Origin: Thermoanaerobaculia bacterium
GTDB lineage: Bacteria > Acidobacteriota > Thermoanaerobaculia > Multivoradales > UBA5704
NCBI GenBank assembly: GCA_044226625.1
Contig: JBGAGQ010000004.1
Span: 1 to 64,000 of the forward strand
Length of the DNA: 64,000 nucleotides
Reading direction: 5' to 3'
In this document: positions 1 to 9,498 of the stretch, one piece after another
Position numbering within the stretch: the stretch's first letter is position 1
Layout: every line of letters begins with the position of its first letter
Translations under genes and position numbers: made by a program
Notes under the pieces: generated by a model
The model's input: the letters and a program-made list of their open reading frames with translations, nothing else
Told to the model about the DNA's origin: nothing
The model's database searches: none

Positions 1-215
1 ACGTCTTCGCCGCCGTAGGGGAAAGGCAGCGCGGTACCGCAGGTCCCCCCGTAGTTCGTGATGTCGTTGGTGAAGCCGCAGGTGGTGCCGGAGTCGGAGT
101 AGGGCAAGCTGGTGATCACGGGAGCCGGCGTACAGCTGTCAACCTGCTGCGCGGCGAACGCCGCCGGGGCGAGAACCAATACGGCAAGGACGGTGAGGAT
201 CGAGACAAGCTTCAT
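1..215 (-). CDS. Secreted protein, partial (runs off the left edge); Cys-containing, possibly PPC/beta-sandwich-like
   Basis: Not in the ORF track. Read by hand: ATG at 215 preceded by AAGGAG; MKLVSILTVLAVLVLAPAAFAA (signal peptide, AFA cleavage) then QQVDSCTPAPVITSLPYSDSGTTCGFTNDITNYGGTCGTALPFPYGGEDV, open to position 1. Confidence 0.75.
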   Translation of the reverse strand, partial: MKLVSILTVLAVLVLAPAAFAAQQVDSCTPAPVITSLPYSDSGTTCGFTNDITNYGGTCGTALPFPYGGED

Positions 216-377
216 CGGAGCGGCTCCTTCGCAGGAGTTGGTGGTGGGTTCAGGACAAGCTAGCACGGAGGAGCCCCTCGAAACAATGGCCCCCGCGTCA
301 TTTCTTCGGGCTCGAACGGGCGTGGCCGCCCGGAACGCCAGGGCCCGAGGCGGGAGATCAGCTTGCGCAGCGCCCAC

Positions 378-2849
378 TCATCGATCCGCGGAAACAGGTC
401 GGCCCATCGCCACTTTGAGCTCGGCGAGGTTCTTCCGGATTCGGCTTTCGACCAAGGGAGTCGGATTCTTCGGAAGCTCGGCAAGCGCCTGCGCCAAGAG
501 CGGCTCCGCGGCGGCGAAGTCTCTCCTCTCTCTGAGGCACTGACCGATGACACCGCGCGCCTCGGCCATGGGAACCCGTTCTCTAGCTTTGGCTTCAGCG
601 AGTGAGATCGCCTTCTCCGCCAGATTCTTCGCCTCTCCACAGGCCTCGCGACGATCTGCCACGAATGCGGCCAAGTGAGAGAGGTAAGTCGAGCAGTTGC
701 GGTCCTCCTCTTTCGTCCGCTCGCAGATCGCGACCGCCTCCCGGTACCGCGCTTCTACTTCTCCCCACTCGCCGGACTTCTCGTAGAGGCGCGCGAGGTT
801 GCTGAGCGGCTTGGCAACGTCGGGATGGTTGGCGCCGAGGATCTTCTTTCGAATGCGGATCGTCTCGAGGTACAGCCCCTCGGCTTCGCGAAAGCTCTCG
901 GGAAACTCGTCGAGCACCGACGCAAGGCTGTTCATGGTCTTGGCGACCTCGATCGAGTCGTTGCCGTAGAGATCGTGCCGCAGGGTGATCGAGCGCTTGT
1001 AGAAGCCGATGCTTTCCTTCTCTCTCCCCTGGCCGGAGATGGCTTCGCCCAGGCCTGCCAATGTGATCGACGAGGCGCGCCGTTCGTCCGTCCCCTTCCC
1101 CAGAGGAACCGCCGCGGCACGCCGAAAATAGCGCTCGGCTTCTCCATAGCGTTTCTCTTGCTGAAGAACGCCCCCGACCTGGTTAAGCGCCTTGACGTAC
1201 TCGACGCCCCTTGTCCCGTCAACTACCGCGAGCCCCTCGAGCGCGGTAGCCTCCGCCTGCGCGTCCTCACCGAGATTCCGAAAGATGTCGGATAAAGCGA
1301 CGAGGGTCTCCGCCGTCTCGGGTTTACCCCGTTCTCCCGCCTCTCCATGAAGAGTCAAGGCACGCAGAGACGCTGCTTTGGCCTGTTGATACTTTCCGAG
1401 TTGACTGTAGATCTGGCCCAGCGCCGAATAGAAAACCGCCCGGGAGCTTGGCTGCTCCTTTTTCCGAATTCCCAGTTGCTCTCGAGCCCTATCGAGAAGC
1501 TCGACAGCGGTGACCTCACGCCCTTTCGCAGTGGTCGGGCTGGGAGCCCGAAAAACGTCCAGCATGAAATTCTTCGACCAGTTCGCGCGCTCCGCTTCGT
1601 TCTCTGCTCGCATCTTCTGAAACAGGGCCAGGGCGGTCGTGCCAAGAATTGCGAGAACCGCGGCCGTCGTGAACGCCACCCCCATCTTGTTCCGGCGCAC
1701 GAACTTGCCCAGCCGATAAAGGCGGCTCGCCGGGCGGGCGAGGACCGGCATTCCGTCGAGATACCTACGAACATCCGCCGCGAGCTGCTCGGCCGACTCA
1801 TAGCGCCGGGCGGGCTCCTTCGCCATCGCCTTCTGGACGATCGTGTCCAGGTCCCCGCGCAGCCGCTTAGCGAGCTGGCGTTCCGCGTCCCCCCGCTTTT
1901 CCGCGGCGACCTTGCCGCGCGAGAGAACCGCCGTGCTGGGGCGCTGCGGCTCCTGATTGCAGACGGCCTCGGCCAGCGCCGCTCGCCCCTCGACCGGCGG
2001 CCGGTAGGGCGAGCGCCCTACCAGGAGGCGATAGAGGATCACCCCGAGCGAGTAGACGTCGGTGCCCGTGGTCACCGGCTCGCCGCGGATCTGCTCGGGG
2101 CTCGCGTACTCCGGCGTCATCGGCAGGAACGCCGCCACCGTGGCGTTCGGCTCGGGATCCCCCTCGAGGATCTTCGCGATTCCGAAGTCGAGCAGGCGGG
2201 GCTCGCCGTCCGCGAGGACCAAGATGTTGCCGGGCTTGAGATCGCGGTGGACCACCAGGTTGCGGTGGGCGAAATGGACCGCGCGGCAGACCTTCTCGAA
2301 GAGCTTCAAGCGCTCTTCGATCGGCAGCGCCCGCTCGGCGCACCAGGCGTCGATCGGGCGTCCCTCGACGTACTCCATGACTAGGTAGGGTCGGCCGTCC
2401 GGCGTCGAGCCGCCGTCGAGCAAGCGGGCGATGTTCGGGTGCTCGAGCCGCGCGAGAATCCGTCGCTCCCCGCGGAAGCGGCGCACCAGGTCGTCGGTGT
2501 CCATCCCCCGCTTGAGCAGCTTGACCGCAACCCGCTTGGAAAACGAAGCGTCCGCCCGCTCGGCGAGATAGACCGCCCCCATGCCTCCTTTGCCGATCTC
2601 GCGCTCGATCTGCCAGGGACCGAGCAGGTCGCCCGCCGCGAGCCCCCCTCGGTCGCCGTGGAGATCCACGATCGGCGTCTCGATAAAGCCGCCGAGCTGC
2701 GTGTCGACCTCGAGCATGGCCTCAACTTCTTCGCGCAGAGAGCCGTCTCCGTCGCACGAGCTGTGGACGAAAGCGCGACGCTCCGTCTCCGGGAGCTCGA
2801 GCGCGCTTTCGACCAGATCTTGAATTTGCTGCCAGCGTTCCCGGGTCAC
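378..2849 (-). CDS. Membrane Ser/Thr protein kinase (Hanks type) with C-terminal TPR repeats
   Basis: GKGGMGAVY, VAVK, HRDLKPGN, DFG and TPEYASPEQ motifs; one TM segment (MGVAFTTAAVLAILGTTALALF); TPR-like repeats (HPDVAKPLSNLARLY); N-terminal 'ERWQQIQDLVESALE' helix typical of ECF-associated kinases. Confidence 0.95.
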   Translation of the reverse strand: MTRERWQQIQDLVESALELPETERRAFVHSSCDGDGSLREEVEAMLEVDTQLGGFIETPIVDLHGDRGGLAAGDLLGPWQIEREIGKGGMGAVYLAERADASFSKRVAVKLLKRGMDTDDLVRRFRGERRILARLEHPNIARLLDGGSTPDGRPYLVMEYVEGRPIDAWCAERALPIEERLKLFEKVCRAVHFAHRNLVVHRDLKPGNILVLADGEPRLLDFGIAKILEGDPEPNATVAAFLPMTPEYASPEQIRGEPVTTGTDVYSLGVILYRLLVGRSPYRPPVEGRAALAEAVCNQEPQRPSTAVLSRGKVAAEKRGDAERQLAKRLRGDLDTIVQKAMAKEPARRYESAEQLAADVRRYLDGMPVLARPASRLYRLGKFVRRNKMGVAFTTAAVLAILGTTALALFQKMRAENEAERANWSKNFMLDVFRAPSPTTAKGREVTAVELLDRAREQLGIRKKEQPSSRAVFYSALGQIYSQLGKYQQAKAASLRALTLHGEAGERGKPETAETLVALSDIFRNLGEDAQAEATALEGLAVVDGTRGVEYVKALNQVGGVLQQEKRYGEAERYFRRAAAVPLGKGTDERRASSITLAGLGEAISGQGREKESIGFYKRSITLRHDLYGNDSIEVAKTMNSLASVLDEFPESFREAEGLYLETIRIRKKILGANHPDVAKPLSNLARLYEKSGEWGEVEARYREAVAICERTKEEDRNCSTYLSHLAAFVADRREACGEAKNLAEKAISLAEAKARERVPMAEARGVIGQCLRERRDFAAAEPLLAQALAELPKNPTPLVESRIRKNLAELKVAMGRPVSADR

Positions 2850-2978
2850 CTTGAGATTCTCATGATCATGCGCGATGTCTTGGTCGATCCCAGAGGAGGG
2901 TATCGACTTGAATCAACCTGTTCAGAGACGCGAAATGCGACCTCGAAAGAGTTCGCCCTTCGTCCCAGGGGCGAAGGG

Positions 2979-3563
2979 TTACTCCGACTTTTTATCGCGA
3001 TTGATCTCGCGCCAAAGGAAGCGTCGCGCCATTTGCCAGTCGCGTTTGACCGTGGTGACCGAGACCTCGAGTACCTCGGCAACCTCTTCGAAGCTGAGTC
3101 CCATGAAAAAACGCAGATCGACGACCTGCGCCTGCCGTTCGTTGAGCTCTCGAAGCTTGTCCAGCGCCTCGTCGACCGCCACCAGGTCCGTGCCGTACGC
3201 CTCGGCGATGAGCTTCGCGCCGTCCACGTCGTCGAGGGGCACCTTCATCAGGCCACCGCCGCGCTTCTCCGCATGTTTGCCCTTGGCGTGGTCGACCAAA
3301 ATCCGCCGCATCAACGTCGCCGAGACCGCGAAGAACTGCTGTCGATTCTGCCACTGCACGCGGGTCTGGCCCACGAGGCGCAGGTAGAGCTCGTTGACCA
3401 GGGCGGTCGGCTGAAGAGTATGGTCGCTCGACTCCCGAGCCAGGTGCCGACGCGCCATCGACCGCAGATCCTCGAAGACCAGAGGAATCAGCCGCTCCAG
3501 GGCCGAAGCATCACCCTGACTCCACTCGTGGAGCAGCTCTGTGAAATCTGCGACGTCGCTCAT
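2979..3563 (-). CDS. ECF RNA polymerase sigma factor, kinase-associated (Planctomycetes/Acidobacteria type)
   Basis: HTLQPTALVNELYLRL and MRRILVDHA...KRGG motifs; region 4 LSFEEVAEVLEVSVTTVKRDWQMAR; directly upstream of the kinase. Confidence 0.93.
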   Translation of the reverse strand: MSDVADFTELLHEWSQGDASALERLIPLVFEDLRSMARRHLARESSDHTLQPTALVNELYLRLVGQTRVQWQNRQQFFAVSATLMRRILVDHAKGKHAEKRGGGLMKVPLDDVDGAKLIAEAYGTDLVAVDEALDKLRELNERQAQVVDLRFFMGLSFEEVAEVLEVSVTTVKRDWQMARRFLWREINRDKKSE

Positions 3564-3651
3564 GAGGGTACTTTACGGATCGTATCGCAGAAAGATTGGC
3601 CCGTGCGCAAGTAAACACTAGGCGCACGGACCCTCACGGCGCGCAGGCGTG

Positions 3652-5088
3652 TTAGTCGAGGTTTAGGCGGACGGCGGGATCTCCGAGAACGATGAAGTTA
3701 CCCGCGTCGGCCGTCTCACGCCACACGTCGCCGTAGATCACATAGTCGGCTGGCCGAAAGAAAGACCTCTCGTTGCGCATCTCGTGAAGGCTCGCCGCTT
3801 GAGCGCCGAAATAGGCCCCCATCGCCTCCATCGCCCAACCGACGGGCATTCCGTCGATCAACTGCTTGAGGATGTCGTTGTAGACCTGTACGTGCCCTCC
3901 TTCTCCGTTCCATGAGAACGATGAGGTCCACGCGCGATCGACATGACCGATCACCGCCAGCGCTCCCCTCTTCAGAAGCGTTTGCGGGAGCCGTGCGACG
4001 AACGAACGGGGTGCGATCTCTCCATTGACTCCGGAAAGCAGCCCGAACTGATCGAAGCGCGGTGTGCCGGCACTGTAACAACCGAACTGGAAAACGATGA
4101 GATCGGAGAGATCGGCGTCGCCGGGGACGTCGTCCGCCGCAAAGTAATGGCTTCTTTCCAGGCGGCATCCCGGACCGCCCCAATCTCGACAGACGATCGC
4201 ACCTTGAGACGCGAATTGCATCTCGGCCCCATTCAAGATGCGGACCCCATGGCTCGCCGAAAATAGAATCGACGGCCGATTTTTGGTACTCCGCAGCAGC
4301 TCGCCCAACCCCGCTCGGGTCGCGTCTTTGTTGCCGATGATCTCCGTTTCCCAAACCGGCCGGCCGGCCGAGAGCACCTTCGCCAGCTCTCCGACCAGCC
4401 CTCCGGCAACTCTCCGCGTAGCCTCGTCTCCAGCGTTCTCCACCGAGAAGAACGTCAGCTCTCTGCGCCGCCTGCAGCGTCCCTCTTCAGCGGCCTTCAC
4501 CCCCTCGGCATAGGCCCGGTAGGCTGCCGAGGAGCCTTCGGGATCGTTCGGATCGTCGAGGTCGAAATGAAGCCGGCCCACGGCGAATTGAACGTCCAGC
4601 TCGCGCTGGAAACGAAAGGAGATCTTTTCCGGATCACCTACCAGCAGAATGTAATAGGGCAGGTTCGTTCCCGCGGGTCGAGTGCCCGCCTTGAAGCCCA
4701 CGCGCGACATGAAGAGCTGTTGCGACTCCGCCTCTTCGCTGCTCAACTCGAAGTAACGCTCTCCGGCTTGCTCGCTCCGGAGCTCAAGCAAGGGCCGTAG
4801 CGCTCTGCGAACGGAGGCGGGAGTGTCCTCGGCAAAGATGACTCCCCAGCCAGCCTCCGATAGATCCGTCGGATCTTCGATGTCGACGCTCGGAGCGCGA
4901 AACGGATCCTGAACGGCCTTGCCCTCGCTCCAATCTTGGATCAGGTGGAGCATCTCCGGGTCCGGTTCTTCCTCGGCTACCAGCCTACCGAGCTGCTCTG
5001 GGGAAAGGGGAGGCAGGAGAGAGCGCCCGGCCTCGTCGAGACCGGTCGCCACGACCACATCGTCGAGGGCATTTCTCGGATCGTTCAC
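3652..5088 (-). CDS. Gingipain/peptidase C25-like clan CD cysteine protease, no signal peptide
   Basis: PYYILLVGDP and AVGRLHF motifs; catalytic-like SHG and GCYS; VIGHVD; C-terminal VLGDPAVRL. Start moved to GTG 5088 (AGGAGG RBS, GTGA overlap with the CHAT stop). Confidence 0.75.
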   Translation of the reverse strand: MNDPRNALDDVVVATGLDEAGRSLLPPLSPEQLGRLVAEEEPDPEMLHLIQDWSEGKAVQDPFRAPSVDIEDPTDLSEAGWGVIFAEDTPASVRRALRPLLELRSEQAGERYFELSSEEAESQQLFMSRVGFKAGTRPAGTNLPYYILLVGDPEKISFRFQRELDVQFAVGRLHFDLDDPNDPEGSSAAYRAYAEGVKAAEEGRCRRRRELTFFSVENAGDEATRRVAGGLVGELAKVLSAGRPVWETEIIGNKDATRAGLGELLRSTKNRPSILFSASHGVRILNGAEMQFASQGAIVCRDWGGPGCRLERSHYFAADDVPGDADLSDLIVFQFGCYSAGTPRFDQFGLLSGVNGEIAPRSFVARLPQTLLKRGALAVIGHVDRAWTSSFSWNGEGGHVQVYNDILKQLIDGMPVGWAMEAMGAYFGAQAASLHEMRNERSFFRPADYVIYGDVWRETADAGNFIVLGDPAVRLNLD

Positions 5089-8000
5089 GGACGACCTCCT
5101 CCAGAGCGAACGGGGCTTCCTTCTTCTTCGTACGTGACGGAGTCGGGCGGCGGGATCGGCAAATCGATCGGTGGGTGACCGGTCGGCGGAGAGCTGCCCA
5201 CGTCTTTGGTTTCGATCGGCCCCTGCCAACGCTGGGGATCGATCCACCAATCGCCGAGAAAGACGAAACCAGCCCAGTGGTACGGATCGCTATATTGGGG
5301 GTCGAGCCGCATCTCCCGCTGGGCCGCACGCAATGCCGCGGCCGGCGCCTGATTCTGACGCAGGAGGTGGGTATAGAAGCGGCGCATCAGCTCGACGGTG
5401 CTCTGGTCGTCGACCGGCCAGAGGCTTACCACGAGGCGAGGGGCGCCCGCGTAGAAGAATCCTCGGGCCAGACTGGCCAGGCCTTCGCCGGCGACGTCGG
5501 GGCCGATCCCGGTGCTACAGGCGGAAAGGACCACCAACTCCGCATCGAGTTCCATGCCGAAAATGTCTTCCAATCGCAATGTTCCGTCGATGCGCCTGCC
5601 GTCCGCATCGAGCTGCGCGAGCTCCAGTCCGGACAGCTCGGGGTGTCCGGGGTGGTTCGAGCCATGGGTGGCGAAGTGGAGGACCCCGTTCCCTTTGAGC
5701 TTCGAGCCGAGGACCGCGTCGCGGTTGGCGGCGACGCCGAACGCCATCGCGACCTCCCGGCTCTCGCCCGCCAGGTCTCGAATCGCCTCCGCTTCCCGGC
5801 GAGTTCCCGGCAGAGGCACGAGCGCTCCGCGCGTCCGGCCGTCGCCCGCGAAAGTGGGATCGGCGAATATAGCTAGGCGATCAAGCGAGTAATTGCGCCG
5901 AAAGCCGGAACGGAGAGCGGCCAGAGCGGTCCCGGAGGGGATCGAGACCACCTCGATTCGCTCGACCACCGGCGACCCCGACGGTGACGCCGGATTCGGC
6001 ACCGCGGCGAAGGGCACGCGCTGAAGGATTCCGTCGGCCGCCACGATCCATCGGGTGCCGGCAAGGTCCCTCTTCGCGGGCGCGAGGATCTTCGCGGCCA
6101 GCGCCCGCCCCGCCGCGAAGCTGTCCTCTGGAGCACGCGGATCCTGGGTCGAGAGCAGCCGTATGAAATTCCCGGCGAGCCGCTCGATTTCAGCGCGCGG
6201 CGGCAACTCGAACCACTCTCGGCGCCCCTTGGAGACGACCCAAAGGAAACTCCGCGGCTCAGCCAACCAGTAGACCAGCAAGACGTCGCCGGTTTGGAGT
6301 TGCTCGTCCATCCCGGCCGCGTCCAAGGTCTTCGCGGGCTCAAGCTGGGAATAGCGAGGGTCCGCCAGGCGAGCCGCCGCTTTCAGCTGGTCGAGCCGGG
6401 CGAGGAGCCTCCCTTCCTCGTCGTTCAGCCGAGACAGAAGGGCCGGATCGGATTCTTCATGGTACAGATCCAGCCGTCGCCGCTCGAATGATTCGAGGTT
6501 CTCTCGGACCCGGCTCATGCCATCGGCGATCAGAGGCGGGACCTTCTTGCCGATCGACGAGCGAGCCTCACCGAGCAGGTCGACCAGCTGGCGCGCCCGT
6601 GCCCTTTCGGTTGCGGCGAGGGCGCGATCGTCGAAGCTGGACGCCGGACTGCGCTCGGCCAGCTGCATCAGGATCTCTACCTGAAGCTCGGCGTAGTCTC
6701 TCTTGTTGGCGAGCTGGGTCGTCCTCAGGTCGAAGTTCGCGGTAGCCGAGCGCAGGCTCTCGAGGGCCTCGAGCGAATCGTCGATCTGGCGCAGCGCAGC
6801 TTCGAGCCGGCCGTCCCGGTAGAGCGACCGCGCGGCGCCAAAGCGATTCGCCGCGATGCCCACCTGGTCGCCAAGCCGCTCGAACAGCGAGATCGCCTTC
6901 TCGTGCTCGGCCACCGCGAGAGCGTTCTCTTGCCGAGCGAAGTGGTACCGGCCCATGTTCATCGCGGCGACTGCCTCGATGTTCGTCGCGTGATCGGCTT
7001 GGGCAATCGCTCGCGCTTTCTCGAACTGCTCGCGCGCCGCCTCGAGCTCCTTGCCGCGCAACAACGCGGCACCGAGTCCCAACCGGGCGGAGGCGGCGTC
7101 GCGTATGCTTCCCCTCTCTCGAAAGACAGCAAGGGCGTGCTCGAACCTCTCCTTGGCGGCCGGTAGCCGCTCTTCGCGGAGGTCGATTTCACCGAGAGGG
7201 AGAAGAGCCAGAGCCTCAAGGTCTTTCCTGCCGATCGCGTGTGCCTTGTCGACCGCGGCCTCCAGGAAAACCCGCCCCTGGGCAAGCTCTCCGCGAGAGA
7301 CCACGAGCTCTCCGAGCTTCCAACGAGCGGTCACTTCCTGGTCGAGCATTCGAAGTTTCTCGGCCAGGTCGGCGCCGCTCTGAAGCGTCGCCGCCGCCTC
7401 GTCGAGCTTTCCGGCTTCCAGCTGATCGATCCCCAGGTTCAAGAGAGCCCCGACCCGGCCGTCGTCGTCCTGGATGGCCTCAAAAAGCTCGAACGAGCGT
7501 CGGTGAGCAGCGAGCGCCGCATCGACCTGGAAGAGCGTCCGATAGGACTCACCCAAGCGGTTTAAGTTCATCGCCCGCAGGAACGTATCGTCGACCTCCG
7601 CGAAGATTCGGTCCGCCTGCTCGAAGGGCTCGATCGATCGTTCCCAGCGCTCGAGATTTCTCTCCATCCAACCGGTGCGATAGAGGAGGATCCCCTCGCA
7701 ATTCCGATCGTTCAGTTCGCGGGCCAGCGGAAGGAGGTCCTGGTAGGCCGCGAGGGCCGCCTCATGCTGGCTCGTCCGGCGCAGATCCTCCACCGCGGCG
7801 AACTTGGCGACCAGCTCAGCCTCCTTGCGGTCCCGATCCGTCGCCAGGCGACGTTCCTCCAGCTTGATGTCGAAATAGCCCTCGGCCTTGACCTCTTCGG
7901 CCTGGACCATCAGCCGATAGGTACCGGCTTTGGAGGCTATCGCCACAAGCTTCTCGACGCCCGTGCTCCCGACTGGACTGTCGATGAAGAGGGTCGGTCG

Positions 8001-8276
8001 TTCCTCGCCCGGGGCGAACCAGTGGAGCGAGACGTCGATTCCTTTCTGTTCGGCGGTGATGCGGACCATCTCGTTCGCCGCGAGATCCAAAGTGGCGGTT
8101 ACGCTGGTATCCAGCGCGAGGGCGCGCCGTTGGCTTTCGCCGAGTTTCAAGGTGAACGGGGTATTGGGTTCCATCGGATTCGCCTCCCTCCCGGCAGACG
8201 GATTGCGCTCGCAGCCACCCCCGAAGGCGAGAAGGCAGGCGAGGGCGAGACCCGCTCGGGGCACTCCAAGCTTCAT
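5085..8276 (-). CDS. TPR-CHAT (caspase/HetF-like) protease, predicted lipoprotein
   Basis: VLHFATHG and LVVLSACSTG catalytic His/Cys, VVSLWPVDD, PYHWAGFV; long TPR array; N-terminal lipobox-like LLAFGGGC followed by a PPC-like beta domain. Start 8276 (MKLGV) preferred; 8321 possible. Confidence 0.92.
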   Translation of the reverse strand: MKLGVPRAGLALACLLAFGGGCERNPSAGREANPMEPNTPFTLKLGESQRRALALDTSVTATLDLAANEMVRITAEQKGIDVSLHWFAPGEERPTLFIDSPVGSTGVEKLVAIASKAGTYRLMVQAEEVKAEGYFDIKLEERRLATDRDRKEAELVAKFAAVEDLRRTSQHEAALAAYQDLLPLARELNDRNCEGILLYRTGWMERNLERWERSIEPFEQADRIFAEVDDTFLRAMNLNRLGESYRTLFQVDAALAAHRRSFELFEAIQDDDGRVGALLNLGIDQLEAGKLDEAAATLQSGADLAEKLRMLDQEVTARWKLGELVVSRGELAQGRVFLEAAVDKAHAIGRKDLEALALLPLGEIDLREERLPAAKERFEHALAVFRERGSIRDAASARLGLGAALLRGKELEAAREQFEKARAIAQADHATNIEAVAAMNMGRYHFARQENALAVAEHEKAISLFERLGDQVGIAANRFGAARSLYRDGRLEAALRQIDDSLEALESLRSATANFDLRTTQLANKRDYAELQVEILMQLAERSPASSFDDRALAATERARARQLVDLLGEARSSIGKKVPPLIADGMSRVRENLESFERRRLDLYHEESDPALLSRLNDEEGRLLARLDQLKAAARLADPRYSQLEPAKTLDAAGMDEQLQTGDVLLVYWLAEPRSFLWVVSKGRREWFELPPRAEIERLAGNFIRLLSTQDPRAPEDSFAAGRALAAKILAPAKRDLAGTRWIVAADGILQRVPFAAVPNPASPSGSPVVERIEVVSIPSGTALAALRSGFRRNYSLDRLAIFADPTFAGDGRTRGALVPLPGTRREAEAIRDLAGESREVAMAFGVAANRDAVLGSKLKGNGVLHFATHGSNHPGHPELSGLELAQLDADGRRIDGTLRLEDIFGMELDAELVVLSACSTGIGPDVAGEGLASLARGFFYAGAPRLVVSLWPVDDQSTVELMRRFYTHLLRQNQAPAAALRAAQREMRLDPQYSDPYHWAGFVFLGDWWIDPQRWQGPIETKDVGSSPPTGHPPIDLPIPPPDSVTYEEEGSPVRSGGGRP

Positions 8277-8461
8277 TGACTCGAATGGACGTGAAGATCC
8301 GACGCTAAACGGCCTTCTCATCGTTCGACCCTGCCTCGATCGACGACCTCCTGAATCACTTCATGGAGGAGACGCGAGAAAACGGGACGCCGAGGGTCAA
8401 TGTCGCCACACGTCCGACGCGGTGCTTGGTCTAAGAGACACGTTTCGGCCTAGTTTGTGAT

Positions 8462-9469
8462 TTAGCGCTCCGAGGAACCATCGATGACATTGATCGTCCA
8501 CGATTGGATCATGTTCCCGTCGCTGCCCTGAAGCTCGAGTCGGTACAGGCCCACAGGCAGCGCCCTACGCGTCAAGTTCAGGTTCCACCCAACCTGGAAA
8601 TTCGGCGGCTCCAACGGGCCCCGAGCCAGCTCCCGATCCCGTCTGTCGAACAGCACGATCGACACCGCCTTCGAAGGAGGCAGGTCGATTGGAAAACTAC
8701 CGTACAAACCCACCCGGTCGTTCAAACCGCCGCTGGCTGGAGGAAGCTCGAAATCGACCGCTCCCCGCACCGTGCCAGGCGAGAGAAAGCGCCGCGGCTC
8801 GTTGAACCGAGGAGCCGTCAAGCCCACTCTCAACCGCCGTAGCTCCGAGCGCTGTAAGCCCAGGGTGACCGCAAAGCACGCGGCGACCAACCAGGGAAGA
8901 ACATGACGGGCGATCGCAATCCGCCGCTTGGGACGAGCCTCGAAGGGCAGGACCTTCGGCTCCGTCTTCCGCTCCTCATCCACTCCCAAACCCTTAATCG
9001 CCGCCCGGGCCGGGCCAACGGTCTCCTCCACCCAATCGCGGTACTCCGGATCGCGTTCGATTTCTTCGGCCATGGGGTCTTGGAGCACGTTCCCAGCGGC
9101 GATCGATTCCGCGAGAGCGCGCGCCGCGGCGAGCGTGCTGGGATCGAGAACCCCCGTGCGAAGCTCGGGGCGCAGTCGAGAGGCGGAAATCTCTACCGCG
9201 TGACCGCAACGCAGGACGAGCGGCCCCGAGAGGACGTCAGCGCCAAGGGAGAGGTCGTGGCTTCCCGCGAGGGATTGGGTATCGGCGGGTACGGCGAGAA
9301 ACGTCTCGGACAGCGCTTCGAGAAGCGCCCATTCGACCGGCAGCTCGGCCGTCTCGGGCAGGACGAAGATCTCCCCCGGACGCGCGGGCCGGCCCCGGCG
9401 CTCTTGCAGCTCACGCTCCAACAGGGAGCGGAGATCGACAGGTTCCGAAGAGGGCGGTTGGCTCGACAT
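8462..9469 (-). CDS. Single-pass membrane protein, putative anti-sigma factor / CHAT substrate
   Basis: C-terminal 335 aa of ORF 8462..11053, from MSSQPPSSEP. N-terminal cytoplasmic domain, TM LPWLVAACFAVTLGL, short coiled coil, extracytoplasmic beta-rich domain. Lies between a sigma-like gene and the CHAT gene. Confidence 0.7.
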   Translation of the reverse strand: MSSQPPSSEPVDLRSLLERELQERRGRPARPGEIFVLPETAELPVEWALLEALSETFLAVPADTQSLAGSHDLSLGADVLSGPLVLRCGHAVEISASRLRPELRTGVLDPSTLAAARALAESIAAGNVLQDPMAEEIERDPEYRDWVEETVGPARAAIKGLGVDEERKTEPKVLPFEARPKRRIAIARHVLPWLVAACFAVTLGLQRSELRRLRVGLTAPRFNEPRRFLSPGTVRGAVDFELPPASGGLNDRVGLYGSFPIDLPPSKAVSIVLFDRRDRELARGPLEPPNFQVGWNLNLTRRALPVGLYRLELQGSDGNMIQSWTINVIDGSSER

Positions 9470-9498
9470 GTCGTCTCTTTCGCTTCCGGACCGTTCCG

